From contig JAFTNJ010000035.1 of assembly GCA_017451915.1 (NCBI GenBank), positions 6,448-70,447 of the forward strand: a DNA stretch of 64,000 nucleotides, given 5' to 3'. Shown in pieces: positions 1 to 9,743 of the stretch (its first letter is position 1; each line of letters opens with the position of its first letter). The position numbers and the translations under genes are program-made. This DNA comes from Clostridia bacterium. GTDB taxonomy: Bacteria > Bacillota > Clostridia > Oscillospirales > CAG-272. The notes under the pieces are model-generated. The model ran no database searches and was not told the DNA's origin. It saw only the letters and a program-made list of their open reading frames with translations.

Positions 1-603
1 GCGAAACAGGATATATTCACTGTCGAAATAGGAAAGAGTGGAATCGTGCAGCGTATAATGAATCTCATTGACAGCAAAAAAGAGCAGCCAAAAAACGAAC
101 ATCCCAAGAATGCAGAAGATCACGCCGTCCACGGTGGTATTCCCCTCTCCAAAAAGGAACAGGAAGAAGGAATACAGGATCCACCCCAATCCCAAGGAGA
201 TAAAATAATACGGGATCATAGGGGACAGATCAAAATAATCCGTCGTGATGGTAAGATGGGCAAAGGTCCAGAAATAGGAGACCGAATAGATGAGCATTAC
301 CTGGATCCAACCGCTCAAATAGTGGGCCAACGCCATTTGAGGACGGGAGATGGAAAAGCTGAGCAGGGTGTCCAGATTGCGACGCTTTTTAAAATCCATC
401 AGCTCGATCATGGGAATGACCGTAGCAATTATGCACATCAAGGTGGCCAAAATATAGAGGGCAACGTCGTTGTACTGCGGCTCGCTGGATCGTAGCTCCT
501 GGGTGACGCACACCATGCAAAGCAATAAGCCAAGGATCGCAATGATCAAGGTACGCAAAAAGCCGCTCTCCAGGCGATGCTTTAAATATCTTCCAAAGGT
601 CAT
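1..603 (-). CDS. ABC-2-type transporter permease, C-terminus cut by window edge
   Basis: Minus-strand frame is open from ATG 603-601 (ATGA overlap with the TGA of the upstream ATPase gene) to base 1. My own translation MTFGRYLKHRLESGFLRTLIIAILGLLLCMVCV...IFCILGMFVFWLLFFAV is polytopic and hydrophobic. It is missing from the ORF track only because no stop lies in the window. Confidence 0.6.
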   Translation of the reverse strand, partial: MTFGRYLKHRLESGFLRTLIIAILGLLLCMVCVTQELRSSEPQYNDVALYILATLMCIIATVIPMIELMDFKKRRNLDTLLSFSISRPQMALAHYLSGWIQVMLIYSVSYFWTFAHLTITTDYFDLSPMIPYYFISLGLGWILYSFFLFLFGEGNTTVDGVIFCILGMFVFWLLFFAVNEIHYTLHDSTLSYFDSEYILFR

Positions 604-1484
604 CACGGCAAGATCCCCCTTTCTCCCACCTCGGATATAAACAACTCCTCAAAGTCCATGGGCATCTCCTCCATGATCACGGGAGAAAGACGCTCCAGGG
701 CCCGGGTCATCTCGGTCTTATCCCCCTTGAGGATCACGCGCACAAAGCGTCCGCCGGTCTCCAGGGAAACCACGGGAAGTGCGGCAAAAAATACACGCTC
801 CACCGGCTCGGCAAAGGCCAACTGGAACTTGCAAAACTGTCCCAAATGCTCACTCAGGCTTCCCGAATCCGACACCGTCATGTGGTCGATCAGGGCATAC
901 GAATCGCAAAAGTCCTCCAGCTCCCGCAGAGAGTGACTGGAGATCAGCACGCTGGTACCGTCCTCCTCCACCGCGCGGTTAATGGCCTTTTTAAAACGCA
1001 AGCGGGCCAAAGGGTCCAGACCGTCAAAGGCCTCGTCCAACAGCAGATACTTGGGGCGTGCCGAAAGAGCCAGGGCCACGTAGAGCTGCCGCTTCATGCC
1101 CTTGGAGAAATTGCGGATCGGCTTGCGCTCGTCCAGGCCAAACTCCTGCAGGCATTGCCGCCAAACCGCCCGATCCATATGGGGATAAAAGACCCGATAC
1201 ATTCGCCACAGGCTTTGCGCCGTGGTGTAAACCGTGTAATAGGGATCGTCGGGCAGGAAGAAGATCTCCCGTCGCGCCGCGGCGTTCTGTGTGGAAACGC
1301 CGTCGCACAAAACACATCCCTTATCGGGCGCGTACACCCCGGCAATCAGACGTAACAACGTGGACTTTCCCGCACCGTTGATGCCAACCAAGCCCATAAC
1401 ACTTCCCGACTCCAGGGTCAGGCTCACGTCCCGCAGGACCTCCTTTTCCCCCAAGGAATGGGATAGATTCTTTACCTCAATCAT
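603..1484 (-). CDS. ABC transporter ATP-binding protein
   Basis: 293 aa with Walker A GINGAGKST and Walker B LLLDEAFDGLD. Overlaps the GntR gene upstream and the permease gene downstream, so the three form an operon. Confidence 0.9.
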   Translation of the reverse strand: MIEVKNLSHSLGEKEVLRDVSLTLESGSVMGLVGINGAGKSTLLRLIAGVYAPDKGCVLCDGVSTQNAAARREIFFLPDDPYYTVYTTAQSLWRMYRVFYPHMDRAVWRQCLQEFGLDERKPIRNFSKGMKRQLYVALALSARPKYLLLDEAFDGLDPLARLRFKKAINRAVEEDGTSVLISSHSLRELEDFCDSYALIDHMTVSDSGSLSEHLGQFCKFQLAFAEPVERVFFAALPVVSLETGGRFVRVILKGDKTEMTRALERLSPVIMEEMPMDFEELFISEVGERGILP

Positions 1485-1833
1485 TTTCTGAATACACCTC
1501 CTCGATCCAGGATATCAGCAGTTCCTTTGGAATTCCCTTTTGGCAAAGGGATTGCAGACACGCGCGGCACTCCTCGTCCATCACCGGAGCCTCTCCGTTT
1601 GACTGCCAGATCACGTACAGCCCCTTTTTGGGCAGAGAACGAATATAGCCCTCCCCCTCCAGAAGTGAGTAAGCGCGGGCAATGGTGTTGGGATTTACTC
1701 CCAGCTCGGTGGCCGCCGTACGCACCGAGGGCAATCGCTCACCGTAGCGGATCACCCCCAGCCGAATATACTGCCGATACCGCTCGGCAATTTCCAAATA
1801 AACATCATGCTTTCCCGAAAAATTCAACGCCAT
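1477..1833 (-). CDS. GntR-family (short, YtrA-like) transcriptional regulator
   Basis: Winged-HTH segment LPSVRTAATELGVNPNTIARAYSLLEGEGYI. Start moved to ATG 1833 (MALNFSGK...), which follows a GAAGGGAGGGG RBS. The ORF-track start 1911 is a TTG inside the -35 box of the gene's own promoter. Confidence 0.8.
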   Translation of the reverse strand: MALNFSGKHDVYLEIAERYRQYIRLGVIRYGERLPSVRTAATELGVNPNTIARAYSLLEGEGYIRSLPKKGLYVIWQSNGEAPVMDEECRACLQSLCQKGIPKELLISWIEEVYSEND

Positions 1834-1851
1834 GGAATCCCCTCCCTTCTT

Positions 1852-1911
1852 CTGTATTAACTGTATTATCCGTTCCAACTGTATTGTACCATACCAAAGC
1901 GGTTCTGTCAA
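1852..1911 (-). promoter_or_regulatory. Promoter TTGACA-17-TACAAT plus three CTGTATT direct repeats (candidate GntR operator)
   Basis: On the minus strand, -35 TTGACA is at 1911-1906, the spacer is 17 nt and -10 TACAAT is at 1888-1883. Plus-strand CTGTATT(A/G) copies start at 1852, 1861 and 1879; the last overlaps the -10. Confidence 0.55.
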
Positions 1912-1975
1912 TAGAAAACAGAAAAATTGCAGAAATATTTTCTCCCATTTCTCTCCTGTTTTTTTGCAAAAGCAG

Positions 1976-2004
1976 TAGACAATGGAGGAAAAATGTGTTA
2001 TAAT
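1976..2004 (+). promoter_or_regulatory. Promoter TAGACA-17-TATAAT for the MBL-gltX-glnS gene string
   Basis: TAGACA at 1976-1981, 17-nt spacer, TATAAT at 1999-2004. Divergent from the GntR promoter. Confidence 0.5.
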
Positions 2005-2042
2005 AATATGAATTATTGTTTTTTGGAAAAGGAGGTAGGGCT

Positions 2043-2654
2043 TTGCGCATCCGCAATCTTTATCCCGGCTCCTGGGGCTCCAACTGTTATCTGTTGATCA
2101 GCGGGGGCAACGCCGCCATTGTGGATCCCAGTGCCGACGTAAAGACCTTGACCGCCGCGCTGAAGGAGGAGGGCGCTTCGCTGCGCTGTATTCTTTTGAC
2201 CCACGGTCACTTTGATCACATCGTTTCCCTGGACACCCTGCGTCAGGCGACCGGCGCGCCCGCCATGATCCACGCCTCCGAGCTGGAGTTCCCCTCCGAT
2301 TCTCACAAAAACGCGTTTGCGGATCTCTTCTTTATGGATCGCACCTACCGCGCTCCCGAGGAAGGTCTGTGTGACGGGCAAACCCTATGGCTGGGCGAGG
2401 AATCCATTCGGGTGATCCACACCCCGGGACATACCTGCGGCTCGGTCTGCTATCTCTGTAATGAGGAATTTCTGATCACCGGCGATACCCTCTTTGACGG
2501 AGGCTACGGTCGTTTTGATCTTTATAGCGGAGACGCAAGGGCATTGATGCGCTCCCTGCTCTCTCTGCGGGAATTACCCGGACATCTTCCCATTTACCCC
2601 GGCCACGGCGGCTCCACCACCCTGGCGCAGGCACTCAACAAATTGGATATTTGA
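2043..2654 (+). CDS. MBL-fold metallo-hydrolase (glyoxalase II-like)
   Basis: LLTHGHFDH metal-binding motif. Start placed at TTG 2043, 7 nt after GGAGG (2031-2035). The ORF-track start 2016 is also TTG but has no RBS. Confidence 0.8.
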   Translation: MRIRNLYPGSWGSNCYLLISGGNAAIVDPSADVKTLTAALKEEGASLRCILLTHGHFDHIVSLDTLRQATGAPAMIHASELEFPSDSHKNAFADLFFMDRTYRAPEEGLCDGQTLWLGEESIRVIHTPGHTCGSVCYLCNEEFLITGDTLFDGGYGRFDLYSGDARALMRSLLSLRELPGHLPIYPGHGGSTTLAQALNKLDI

Positions 2655-2690
2655 AACGGCCCCCGGCCGATCAAGAAAGGATATACAACC

Positions 2691-4370
2691 ATGGATTATC
2701 AAAAGCTTGCCGAGCTCCTGTTCCCCGGCGTTACCCAAACACCTGCGGACATGGAGGCAAAATTCCCGCCCCGTAATCTTCCCGAGGGCGCAAAGGTCAC
2801 CCGATTCGCCCCCAGCCCCACGGGCTTCGTTCACTTTGGAGGTCTCTTCCCCACCACCATCGGGGAGCGTCTTGCCCACCAAAGCGGCGGTGTTCTTTAT
2901 CTCCGTATTGAGGATACCGACGCCAAGCGTGAGGTGGACGGTGCCGCCGAGGGCTTGATCAAAACCCTGGCGCATTACGGAATCCACTTTGACGAGGGTG
3001 CGGTCATCGGTGAGGATGGCAATATTTGTGACAAGGGCATCTACGGTCCCTACCGTCAGAGCCAGCGCGGCCCCATTTACCATGTGTACGCAAAGCAGCT
3101 GGTGAGTGAGGGCAAGGCCTATCCCGTGTTCACCACCCAAGAAGAGCTGGACGCGCTGAATGCCGTGGACAAGAAGGCCGAGATCAAGGCCAAGGACTGG
3201 CATGAGGATCAGACCGCCCAAAAGGAGGCCATGCTCAAGGCCCGCGCCATCACCATGGAAGAGGTAGAGGAGAACCTGAAGGCCGGCAATCCCTTCGTTC
3301 TGCGTCTTTTGGCAGATGGAGATCCCGAAAAGAAGACACCCTTTACCGATCTGATCAAGGGCAAGCTGGAGATTCCCGAGAATGACGAGGACTTCGTCCT
3401 GCTCAAATCCGACGGCATTCCCACCTATCACTTTGCCCACGCGGTGGACGATCACCTCATGGGTACCACCCACGTCATTCGCGGCGAGGAGTGGCTCCCC
3501 AGCCTGGCAAAGCACATTATGCTCTTCCGTTACCTGGGCTTCCGTATGCCCAAGTATATGCACATTGCCCAGATCATGCGTTTGGACGAGAACGGCAACA
3601 AGAAAAAGCTCTCCAAACGGGACATGGGTGCCAACATGGACGATTACAGCCGCATGGGCTACGCTCCCGCCTGCGTTTGCGAGTATATTATGACGCTGCT
3701 CAACTCCAACTACGAGGAGTGGCATATGCAGAACGCGGACAAGCCCTACACCGACTTCCCCTTCAATATTAAGAAAATGAGCTCCTCGGGCTGTCTGTTT
3801 GATTTTAACAAGCTGAACGACGTCAGCAAGAACGTCATCTCCCGCATGAGCGCCGACGAGGTCTACGAGCAAGCCACCGCTTGGGCGTTGGAATTTGATC
3901 CCGAGTTTGGCAAAAAGCTGGCGGCAACGCCCGACTTCGCAAAAACCATCTTTGCCATTGGTCGCGGCGGCAAAAAGCCCAGAAAGGACTTTGCTACCTG
4001 GGCCGACGTCAAGCCCTATATGGGATTCTTCTACGACTATGAGCAGATCGACACCTTTGCGGGCGAGCATGATCAGGAAACGGTCAAAAAGGCCCTTTCC
4101 CTGTTCCTCGGCTCCTACGATCCCGCCGACGATATGAACGGCTGGTTTGAAAAGGTCAAGGCCGTGGCCCGCGAGATCGGCTACTGCGACGATATGAAGG
4201 CCTACAAGGCCGATCCTACAGCGTTCCCCGGCAACATTGCCGACGTGAGCATGTTCCTGCGCGTGGCCGTGACCGGCAAGCTCAACGCCCCCGATCTCTA
4301 CACCGTGATGCAGATCCTGGGCGAGGCCGAAACGAGAGCCCGCATTGAAAATATGATTCAAACGATCTAA
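2691..4370 (+). CDS. gltX: Glutamate--tRNA ligase (long form)
   Basis: 559 aa, class I. Contains PSPTGFVHFGG (a HIGH-region variant), LRIEDTD and KLSKRD (KMSKS equivalent). Confidence 0.85.
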   Translation: MDYQKLAELLFPGVTQTPADMEAKFPPRNLPEGAKVTRFAPSPTGFVHFGGLFPTTIGERLAHQSGGVLYLRIEDTDAKREVDGAAEGLIKTLAHYGIHFDEGAVIGEDGNICDKGIYGPYRQSQRGPIYHVYAKQLVSEGKAYPVFTTQEELDALNAVDKKAEIKAKDWHEDQTAQKEAMLKARAITMEEVEENLKAGNPFVLRLLADGDPEKKTPFTDLIKGKLEIPENDEDFVLLKSDGIPTYHFAHAVDDHLMGTTHVIRGEEWLPSLAKHIMLFRYLGFRMPKYMHIAQIMRLDENGNKKKLSKRDMGANMDDYSRMGYAPACVCEYIMTLLNSNYEEWHMQNADKPYTDFPFNIKKMSSSGCLFDFNKLNDVSKNVISRMSADEVYEQATAWALEFDPEFGKKLAATPDFAKTIFAIGRGGKKPRKDFATWADVKPYMGFFYDYEQIDTFAGEHDQETVKKALSLFLGSYDPADDMNGWFEKVKAVAREIGYCDDMKAYKADPTAFPGNIADVSMFLRVAVTGKLNAPDLYTVMQILGEAETRARIENMIQTI

Positions 4371-4402
4371 TCTTTTTGAAAGAAAGGTTTTGGAATACGA
4401 AA

Positions 4403-6058
4403 ATGGCAGAAATTGAAAAAAACTTTATACATGACATCATCGACGAGGATCTGCGTGAGGATCCCAATCTCAAGATCCACACCCGTTTCCCCCCCGAGCC
4501 CAACGGCTACCTCCACATCGGCTCGGTAAAGGCAATCTGCATCAATACCGACGTTGCCAATAAATACACCGGTCTTTTTAATCTTCGTTACGATGACACC
4601 AATCCCGCGAAGGAGTCCGACGAATTTGTTCGGTCGATTCGGGAAGACCTGGAATGGCTTGGCGCAACGCCCACGGGCGGTGTGTTCTACGGCTCCGATT
4701 ATTTCGGAAAATGCTATGAATTTGCCGTTCAGCTCATCAAGCAGGGTGATGCTTACGTGTGCGATCTTTCTAAAGACGATCTTGCGGACTATAAAGGAAC
4801 AGATCGCGCGGTGGCATCCAAGGAATCCCCCTATCGCAACCGTTCGGTAGAAGAAAATCTGGAACTCTTTGAAAGAATGAAAAACGGAGAATTTCCGGAT
4901 GGCGCGCGCACACTCCGCGCAAAAATCGATCCCGCATCCGACAATCCCTATCTGCGTGACCCCGTCATCTACCGAATCAAGCACATTCACCATCACCGTC
5001 AGGGCGACGAATGGTGTGTATATCCCATGTATGACTTTGCGCATCCCATTCAGGACGCGCTTGAAGGAATTACACATTCGCTCTGCTCCAGTGAGTTCCG
5101 CAACCATCGTCCCCTCTACGATTGGGTGGTGGAAAAAATCGGTTTTGCGCAAAAACCCCACCAATGGGAATTTGGTCGCATGAATATCACCTACACCGTC
5201 ATGTCCAAGCGTTATCTCCGCCAGCTTGTGGAGGAAGGCTACGTGGACGGTTGGGATGATCCCCGTCTTCCCACCCTTTGCGGTCTCCGCCGTCGCGGAT
5301 ACACGCCCAAGGCACTCTTTACCTTTGTAAGAGAAGCAGGTGTTACCAACACCGACCACACCGTGGACGTTCGTCAGCTTGAAGCTTGCGTGCGTGACGA
5401 TCTCAACGAGAACGCCCTCCGCCGCATCGCCGTCGTCAATCCCATCAAGGTGATCATCGACAACTACCCCGAGGACAAAGAGGAAATGCTCACGGTCTCC
5501 AATCACCCACAAAAGTCCGAGCTCGGCACACGTCAGGTTCCCATGACGCGCGAGATCTATATCGACGCCGACGACTTTGCAGAGGTTCCGCCTCCCAAGT
5601 TCTTCCGTCTCAAGCCCGACGGTGAGGTTCGTCTCATGAACGGCTATATCATCAAATACGCAGGGATCGAGAAGAACGAGGACGGTAGCATCAAGTGCAT
5701 CCATGCCACGGCAGACCTTGAAACCGGCAACGGAATGCCCACCGACGGCAGAAAGATCAAGGGTACCGTTCACTGGCTTTCCGCAAAATACGCGCGTCCC
5801 GTATCGCTGATGCTCTACGACCGTCTGTTCAACATCGAAAACACCGCCGAGGTTCCCGAAGGAAAAACCTACCTGGATTTCCTCAATCCCGATTCGCTCT
5901 CCAAGGTTGAAACCGCAATGGTGGAACCCTGTCTGGAAACTGCAGAGGCAGGCGAGCGTTACCAGTTCGTTCGTGTTGGTTACTTCTGCAAGGACACCAA
6001 ATACGAAAACACCTTCAACCGCGTGGTTGGTCTGAAGGACAGCTTCCCCAAGAAATAA
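4403..6058 (+). CDS. glnS: Glutamine--tRNA ligase
   Basis: FPPEPNGYLHIGS (HIGH), LRYDDTNP and VMSKRY (KMSKS). I prefer ATG 4403 (MAEIEKNF...) over the non-ATG ORF-track start 4376. Confidence 0.9.
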   Translation: MAEIEKNFIHDIIDEDLREDPNLKIHTRFPPEPNGYLHIGSVKAICINTDVANKYTGLFNLRYDDTNPAKESDEFVRSIREDLEWLGATPTGGVFYGSDYFGKCYEFAVQLIKQGDAYVCDLSKDDLADYKGTDRAVASKESPYRNRSVEENLELFERMKNGEFPDGARTLRAKIDPASDNPYLRDPVIYRIKHIHHHRQGDEWCVYPMYDFAHPIQDALEGITHSLCSSEFRNHRPLYDWVVEKIGFAQKPHQWEFGRMNITYTVMSKRYLRQLVEEGYVDGWDDPRLPTLCGLRRRGYTPKALFTFVREAGVTNTDHTVDVRQLEACVRDDLNENALRRIAVVNPIKVIIDNYPEDKEEMLTVSNHPQKSELGTRQVPMTREIYIDADDFAEVPPPKFFRLKPDGEVRLMNGYIIKYAGIEKNEDGSIKCIHATADLETGNGMPTDGRKIKGTVHWLSAKYARPVSLMLYDRLFNIENTAEVPEGKTYLDFLNPDSLSKVETAMVEPCLETAEAGERYQFVRVGYFCKDTKYENTFNRVVGLKDSFPKK

Positions 6059-6085
6059 TTTTGGAAGTCAAAAGAGGAACACGTT

Positions 6086-7129
6086 ATGAAAAAGATAGCA
6101 TTTATTTTGGCACTGCTCCTTTGTCTTCCCCTTCTGCTTCTTGGATGCACCTCCTCCGGCAATGCCGGAACTCCAACAACTGCCGATAAGGTGCCCACGC
6201 AAGTGCCGACAGAGGAAAGCACAACCGAGCAAGAGCCTCCCGTAAAAGAGCCCGAAACCGTCTCCTTGGACGGCAAAAAGATCATCTTTATTGGAAACTC
6301 CTTTATCTATTACGGCCAGACCGTGCTGGAAAAGAAGCAAACCTACCTGACTCAAGCCGAACGCGCAAACGATAAGGGGTATTTCTATCAGCTCTGCAAA
6401 GCGAACGGCGAGGAGGTATCGGTTACCAACTGGACCTTTGGCGGTCACACCTTTGACCATCTGTTTGGCGGAAATTGTTCTGCAAACAGAGGATGCGATG
6501 GCGTAGATCACAAGAGTTATCTGACCGATCTCAATTACGATTATGTCGTTCTCTCCGCGAGCAGTAGCGCAGCTGCCAACGATGCCTTTTGGGCAAATAT
6601 CGAACAGATCACCACTCTGTTTAAAAATGCCAATCCCAACGTCAAGTTCGTTTATCTTTGCCACACCAGCACCCACGGCGTGATTGCGGGGACGCAACAA
6701 AAAGACATTCTGAACGGACTGAAAACCTTGGAGGATCAAGGCTTTACCGTAGTAGACTGGGGCAAGCTGGTTTCGGATATTGCAAAAGGAAATGTGGCGG
6801 TTCCCGGTGCTTTGCAATCCTACAACAAGAATAGCTTTATTGTGGAAAAAAGCGCCTCCGACGGCTACCATCCCAATCAGCTTGCGGGCTATATCACCAC
6901 GCTGATGACCTACTGTGCCATCACGGGCAAGAGTGCCGTGGGACAGACCTATGATTTTGCCGAGACCACGTGGCGCACGTTCTCTCAGTTTAAAAGCAAA
7001 TATTACACCTACAACGGTGCCACCACCAACTATCCCGAGATCTTCAAATCCGAAAGTGATATGAAGGGCATTCAAGAGCTGATCGACCAATCTCTGGAAG
7101 AAAAGCCCTATCGGGAATATCAATACTAA
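6086..7129 (+). CDS. Lipoprotein, SGNH/GDSL-hydrolase-like
   Basis: Signal peptide with lipobox LLGC. Block I-like IFIGNSF and block V DGYHPN. Confidence 0.6.
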   Translation: MKKIAFILALLLCLPLLLLGCTSSGNAGTPTTADKVPTQVPTEESTTEQEPPVKEPETVSLDGKKIIFIGNSFIYYGQTVLEKKQTYLTQAERANDKGYFYQLCKANGEEVSVTNWTFGGHTFDHLFGGNCSANRGCDGVDHKSYLTDLNYDYVVLSASSSAAANDAFWANIEQITTLFKNANPNVKFVYLCHTSTHGVIAGTQQKDILNGLKTLEDQGFTVVDWGKLVSDIAKGNVAVPGALQSYNKNSFIVEKSASDGYHPNQLAGYITTLMTYCAITGKSAVGQTYDFAETTWRTFSQFKSKYYTYNGATTNYPEIFKSESDMKGIQELIDQSLEEKPYREYQY

Positions 7130-7134
7130 ACAAC

Positions 7135-7169
7135 AAAACAGCGGAAGATTTAACATCTTCCGCTGTTTT
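7135..7169. terminator. Bidirectional intrinsic terminator between convergent SGNH genes
   Basis: AAAACAGCGGAAGAT-TTAAC-ATCTTCCGCTGTTTT: a 15-bp perfect stem with A/T runs on both sides. Confidence 0.8.
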
Positions 7170-7173
7170 ATTG

Positions 7174-8250
7174 TTATTGAAATTTCTGATCGATCTGCTT
7201 CATCTTTCCATAGATCTTCTTTGCCATACGGTAAAAGCCCAGATCGTTGGGATGGACGCCATCTACCGTGCAGTTGATCCAATCGGTTTTGCCAAAAAGC
7301 GTTTTACCGGAAAGGAAGTAAACCTTTTCGTCTCCCATCTCCCGTGCTTTGCGATAGGAACGGCGGATCACCGCTTCCCGATCCTTGCTGTTTTGGAGAC
7401 TCGTGTAAAAGTTGGGACGCGAGATAAACAGGATCGGCGTGTCGGGCTGTAGTTTTCTGAAGGTCTCGTAAAAAGGAAAATGGGTTTGCTCCAGATATTC
7501 GGCATCGGGAGCGTTGTAATCGTAATCCATGACAAAAAGACTGCACGGAATTTTACCAAGATATTCTGCCACAACCTGTTCTCCCCTGCCGTTTCCGCTA
7601 AATCCCAGATTGATGTAATCGATCTCATTCCACTTGGAAATGAGTGCCTGATAGCAGTTGTCGGGGCGGCTGGCGCATCCGCCTTGGGTGATGGACGAGC
7701 CATAATAAAGAATGGGCAATTCGTCGCGGTACTTCTTCCCTCCCGTCACTATAGCCGTAGCGTCCAGCTCGATGTGAAGGGTGTTGATCCAATTGTAAAG
7801 AGGAAGATAGAGGATATAATTGCGCATTTTTCCTCCACGGAGCGTTGCGGTGGAGGTATATCCCGTTTCCCTATGGAACGAGGGCTGAACGCTCTTCATA
7901 AGACGAAGAGAACCGTCCTCACACTCCTCCAAAAGGATCATTCCGCAGGAGCCCAAAAGGGGCATATGAGAGAATCTGGTGAAATGATCGTAGGTCACTT
8001 CAACGCAAAAATATTTGGAATCGGTGGAAAAGCGGACACGTCCACCGGAGACGTTCTTGACAAGATGACAAAGCTGGTCGCTGACGCTCGAAGCCACGTC
8101 AATATCCATTCTAACAAAACAGCTGTTCTTTTCGTCAAACCAAATGCCGTAGAGATCAAAGCCTTTGCAAGGAAGCCGATAGCGGAGCAGTTCTCCCTCC
8201 GCAGTCACCTTTTTTTCGGCAAAATTAGGATCAATTTTTTCAATACCCAT
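7174..8250 (-). CDS. SGNH hydrolase-type esterase with N-terminal beta-sandwich domain
   Basis: 358 aa with YYGSSITQG (catalytic Ser block) and DGVHPND (Asp-x-x-His block). Confidence 0.75.
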   Translation of the reverse strand: MGIEKIDPNFAEKKVTAEGELLRYRLPCKGFDLYGIWFDEKNSCFVRMDIDVASSVSDQLCHLVKNVSGGRVRFSTDSKYFCVEVTYDHFTRFSHMPLLGSCGMILLEECEDGSLRLMKSVQPSFHRETGYTSTATLRGGKMRNYILYLPLYNWINTLHIELDATAIVTGGKKYRDELPILYYGSSITQGGCASRPDNCYQALISKWNEIDYINLGFSGNGRGEQVVAEYLGKIPCSLFVMDYDYNAPDAEYLEQTHFPFYETFRKLQPDTPILFISRPNFYTSLQNSKDREAVIRRSYRKAREMGDEKVYFLSGKTLFGKTDWINCTVDGVHPNDLGFYRMAKKIYGKMKQIDQKFQ

Positions 8251-8265
8251 GTCAAAACTCCTTTT

Positions 8266-9678
8266 TTATCGCGCCGCCAGCTCTTCTTCGGCCAGGATAC
8301 GGCCCATGATCACGCCCATCACCGATGCCATCATCAGCCCGCGGGTCCAACCGCTGGAGTCACCCAAGCAATGCAGGCCCTTGATGTTGGTGTTCAGCCG
8401 CTCGTCCATCTTGACGCGGTTGCTGTAGAACTTCAACTCGGGAGAATACAGCAGGGTCTCATAGGAAGCAAAGCCGGGCACCACCTGATCCATCGCCTGG
8501 ATGAAATTGATGATGTTGGTCATAGCGCGGTAAGGCATGGCCGCGGTAATATCTCCCGCAACAGCATCGGGCAGCGTGGGACGGACGTTGGATTGCGCCA
8601 ATTCCTTTTCCCAGGTGCGCTTTCCGTCCAGGATATCGCCAAAGCGTTGCACCATAATATGTCCCGCGCCCAGCATATTGGTCAGCTCGCCCACCTTTTG
8701 CGCATACTCAATGGGCTTGTTGAAGGGCACCGAGAAGTTGTGGGAGCAAAGGATGGCCAGGTTGGTATTGTCGGATTTACGTTCCTTGTAGGAGTGGCCG
8801 TTGACCACGGCCAGGTCGTTGTCGTAGTTCTCCTGGCTGACGAAGCCGCCGGGATTTTGACAGAAGGTACGCACCTTGTTCTTAAAGGGCGCAGGATAGC
8901 CGATCAGCTTGGACTCGTAAAGAACCTTATTGACCTTTTCCATGATCTCATTCCGTACCTCCACGCGCACGCCAATATCCACAGTGCCGGGCAGATGAGC
9001 AATATTGTGCTCGCCGCAAAGCTTTTCCAGCCAATCGGCACCGCGGCGTCCCGTGGCAATGATGGTGTGCTTGGCACGAATCTCCTCGGTTCCGCCGTTC
9101 TGATGAGTAACGATCACGCCAAGGCAATCGTCGCCCTCCAGCAACAGATCCCGGCACTCACAGCCAAAGTAAATCTCCACGCCATGGTTCTGCAGGTGCT
9201 TCTCGATATCCCAATACAGCTGATGCGCCTTTTCGGTACCTAAGTGACGAATGGGACAGTCTACCAACTTCAACCCCGCACGAATGGCGCGCTTACGGAT
9301 CTCCTTGACCTCGTCGTTGATCTCCGCCCCCTCCACGTGGGTATCGGCACCAAACTCCAGGTAGATGGTGTCGGTGTAGTCGGTGACCTTTTGAACAAAA
9401 TCAGCTCCCAGAAGGTTGGGCAGATCTCCGCCGACCTCACAGCTCAGGGAGAGTTTCCCGTCGGAAAAGGCCCCCGCGCCGGAAAAGCCCGTGGTAATAT
9501 GGCAGTAGGGCTTGCAATTCATGCAACGTCCGGTCTTTTCCTTGGGACAGCTGCGATCCTCCACCGCTCTTCCCTTTTCAACGATCACGATCTTTTGTTG
9601 GCTTCCCTTGCGCAACAGCTCCAAGGCCGTAAAGATCCCCGCAGGTCCTGCGCCAACGATTACAATATCGGTATTCAT
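8266..9678 (-). CDS. NAD(P)/FAD-dependent oxidoreductase (uncharacterised FAD dehydrogenase family)
   Basis: N-terminal Rossmann segment IVIVGAGPAGIF followed by a Cys-rich insert CPKEKTGRCMNCKPYC. 470 aa. Confidence 0.75.
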   Translation of the reverse strand: MNTDIVIVGAGPAGIFTALELLRKGSQQKIVIVEKGRAVEDRSCPKEKTGRCMNCKPYCHITTGFSGAGAFSDGKLSLSCEVGGDLPNLLGADFVQKVTDYTDTIYLEFGADTHVEGAEINDEVKEIRKRAIRAGLKLVDCPIRHLGTEKAHQLYWDIEKHLQNHGVEIYFGCECRDLLLEGDDCLGVIVTHQNGGTEEIRAKHTIIATGRRGADWLEKLCGEHNIAHLPGTVDIGVRVEVRNEIMEKVNKVLYESKLIGYPAPFKNKVRTFCQNPGGFVSQENYDNDLAVVNGHSYKERKSDNTNLAILCSHNFSVPFNKPIEYAQKVGELTNMLGAGHIMVQRFGDILDGKRTWEKELAQSNVRPTLPDAVAGDITAAMPYRAMTNIINFIQAMDQVVPGFASYETLLYSPELKFYSNRVKMDERLNTNIKGLHCLGDSSGWTRGLMMASVMGVIMGRILAEEELAAR

Positions 9679-9702
9679 AGGTCCTTATTCCTCTCTTTCC
9701 CA

Positions 9703-9740
9703 TAAAAATGCCGGAGTGAACGGGACACTCCGGCAAAAAA
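9703..9740. terminator. Intrinsic terminator after asnS
   Basis: GCCGGAGTG-loop-CACTCCGGC (9710-9734) flanked by A5 and A6 runs. On the minus strand the hairpin is followed by ATTTTTAT. Confidence 0.7.
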
Positions 9741-9743
9741 GAA

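Noticed and set aside
2574-4361. 595-aa minus-strand ORF covering gltX
   Set aside because: It is the codon-aligned antisense frame of a universally conserved synthetase gene. The product is low-complexity (rich in G, V, L, H and D) with no recognisable motif, RBS or promoter. It is explained by avoidance of TTA/CTA/TCA codons in the sense gene.
7480-9243. 587-aa plus-strand ORF spanning the SGNH esterase and FAD-oxidoreductase genes
   Set aside because: It is an antisense shadow crossing two independent minus-strand genes and their intergenic gap. It has no start context and a low-complexity translation.
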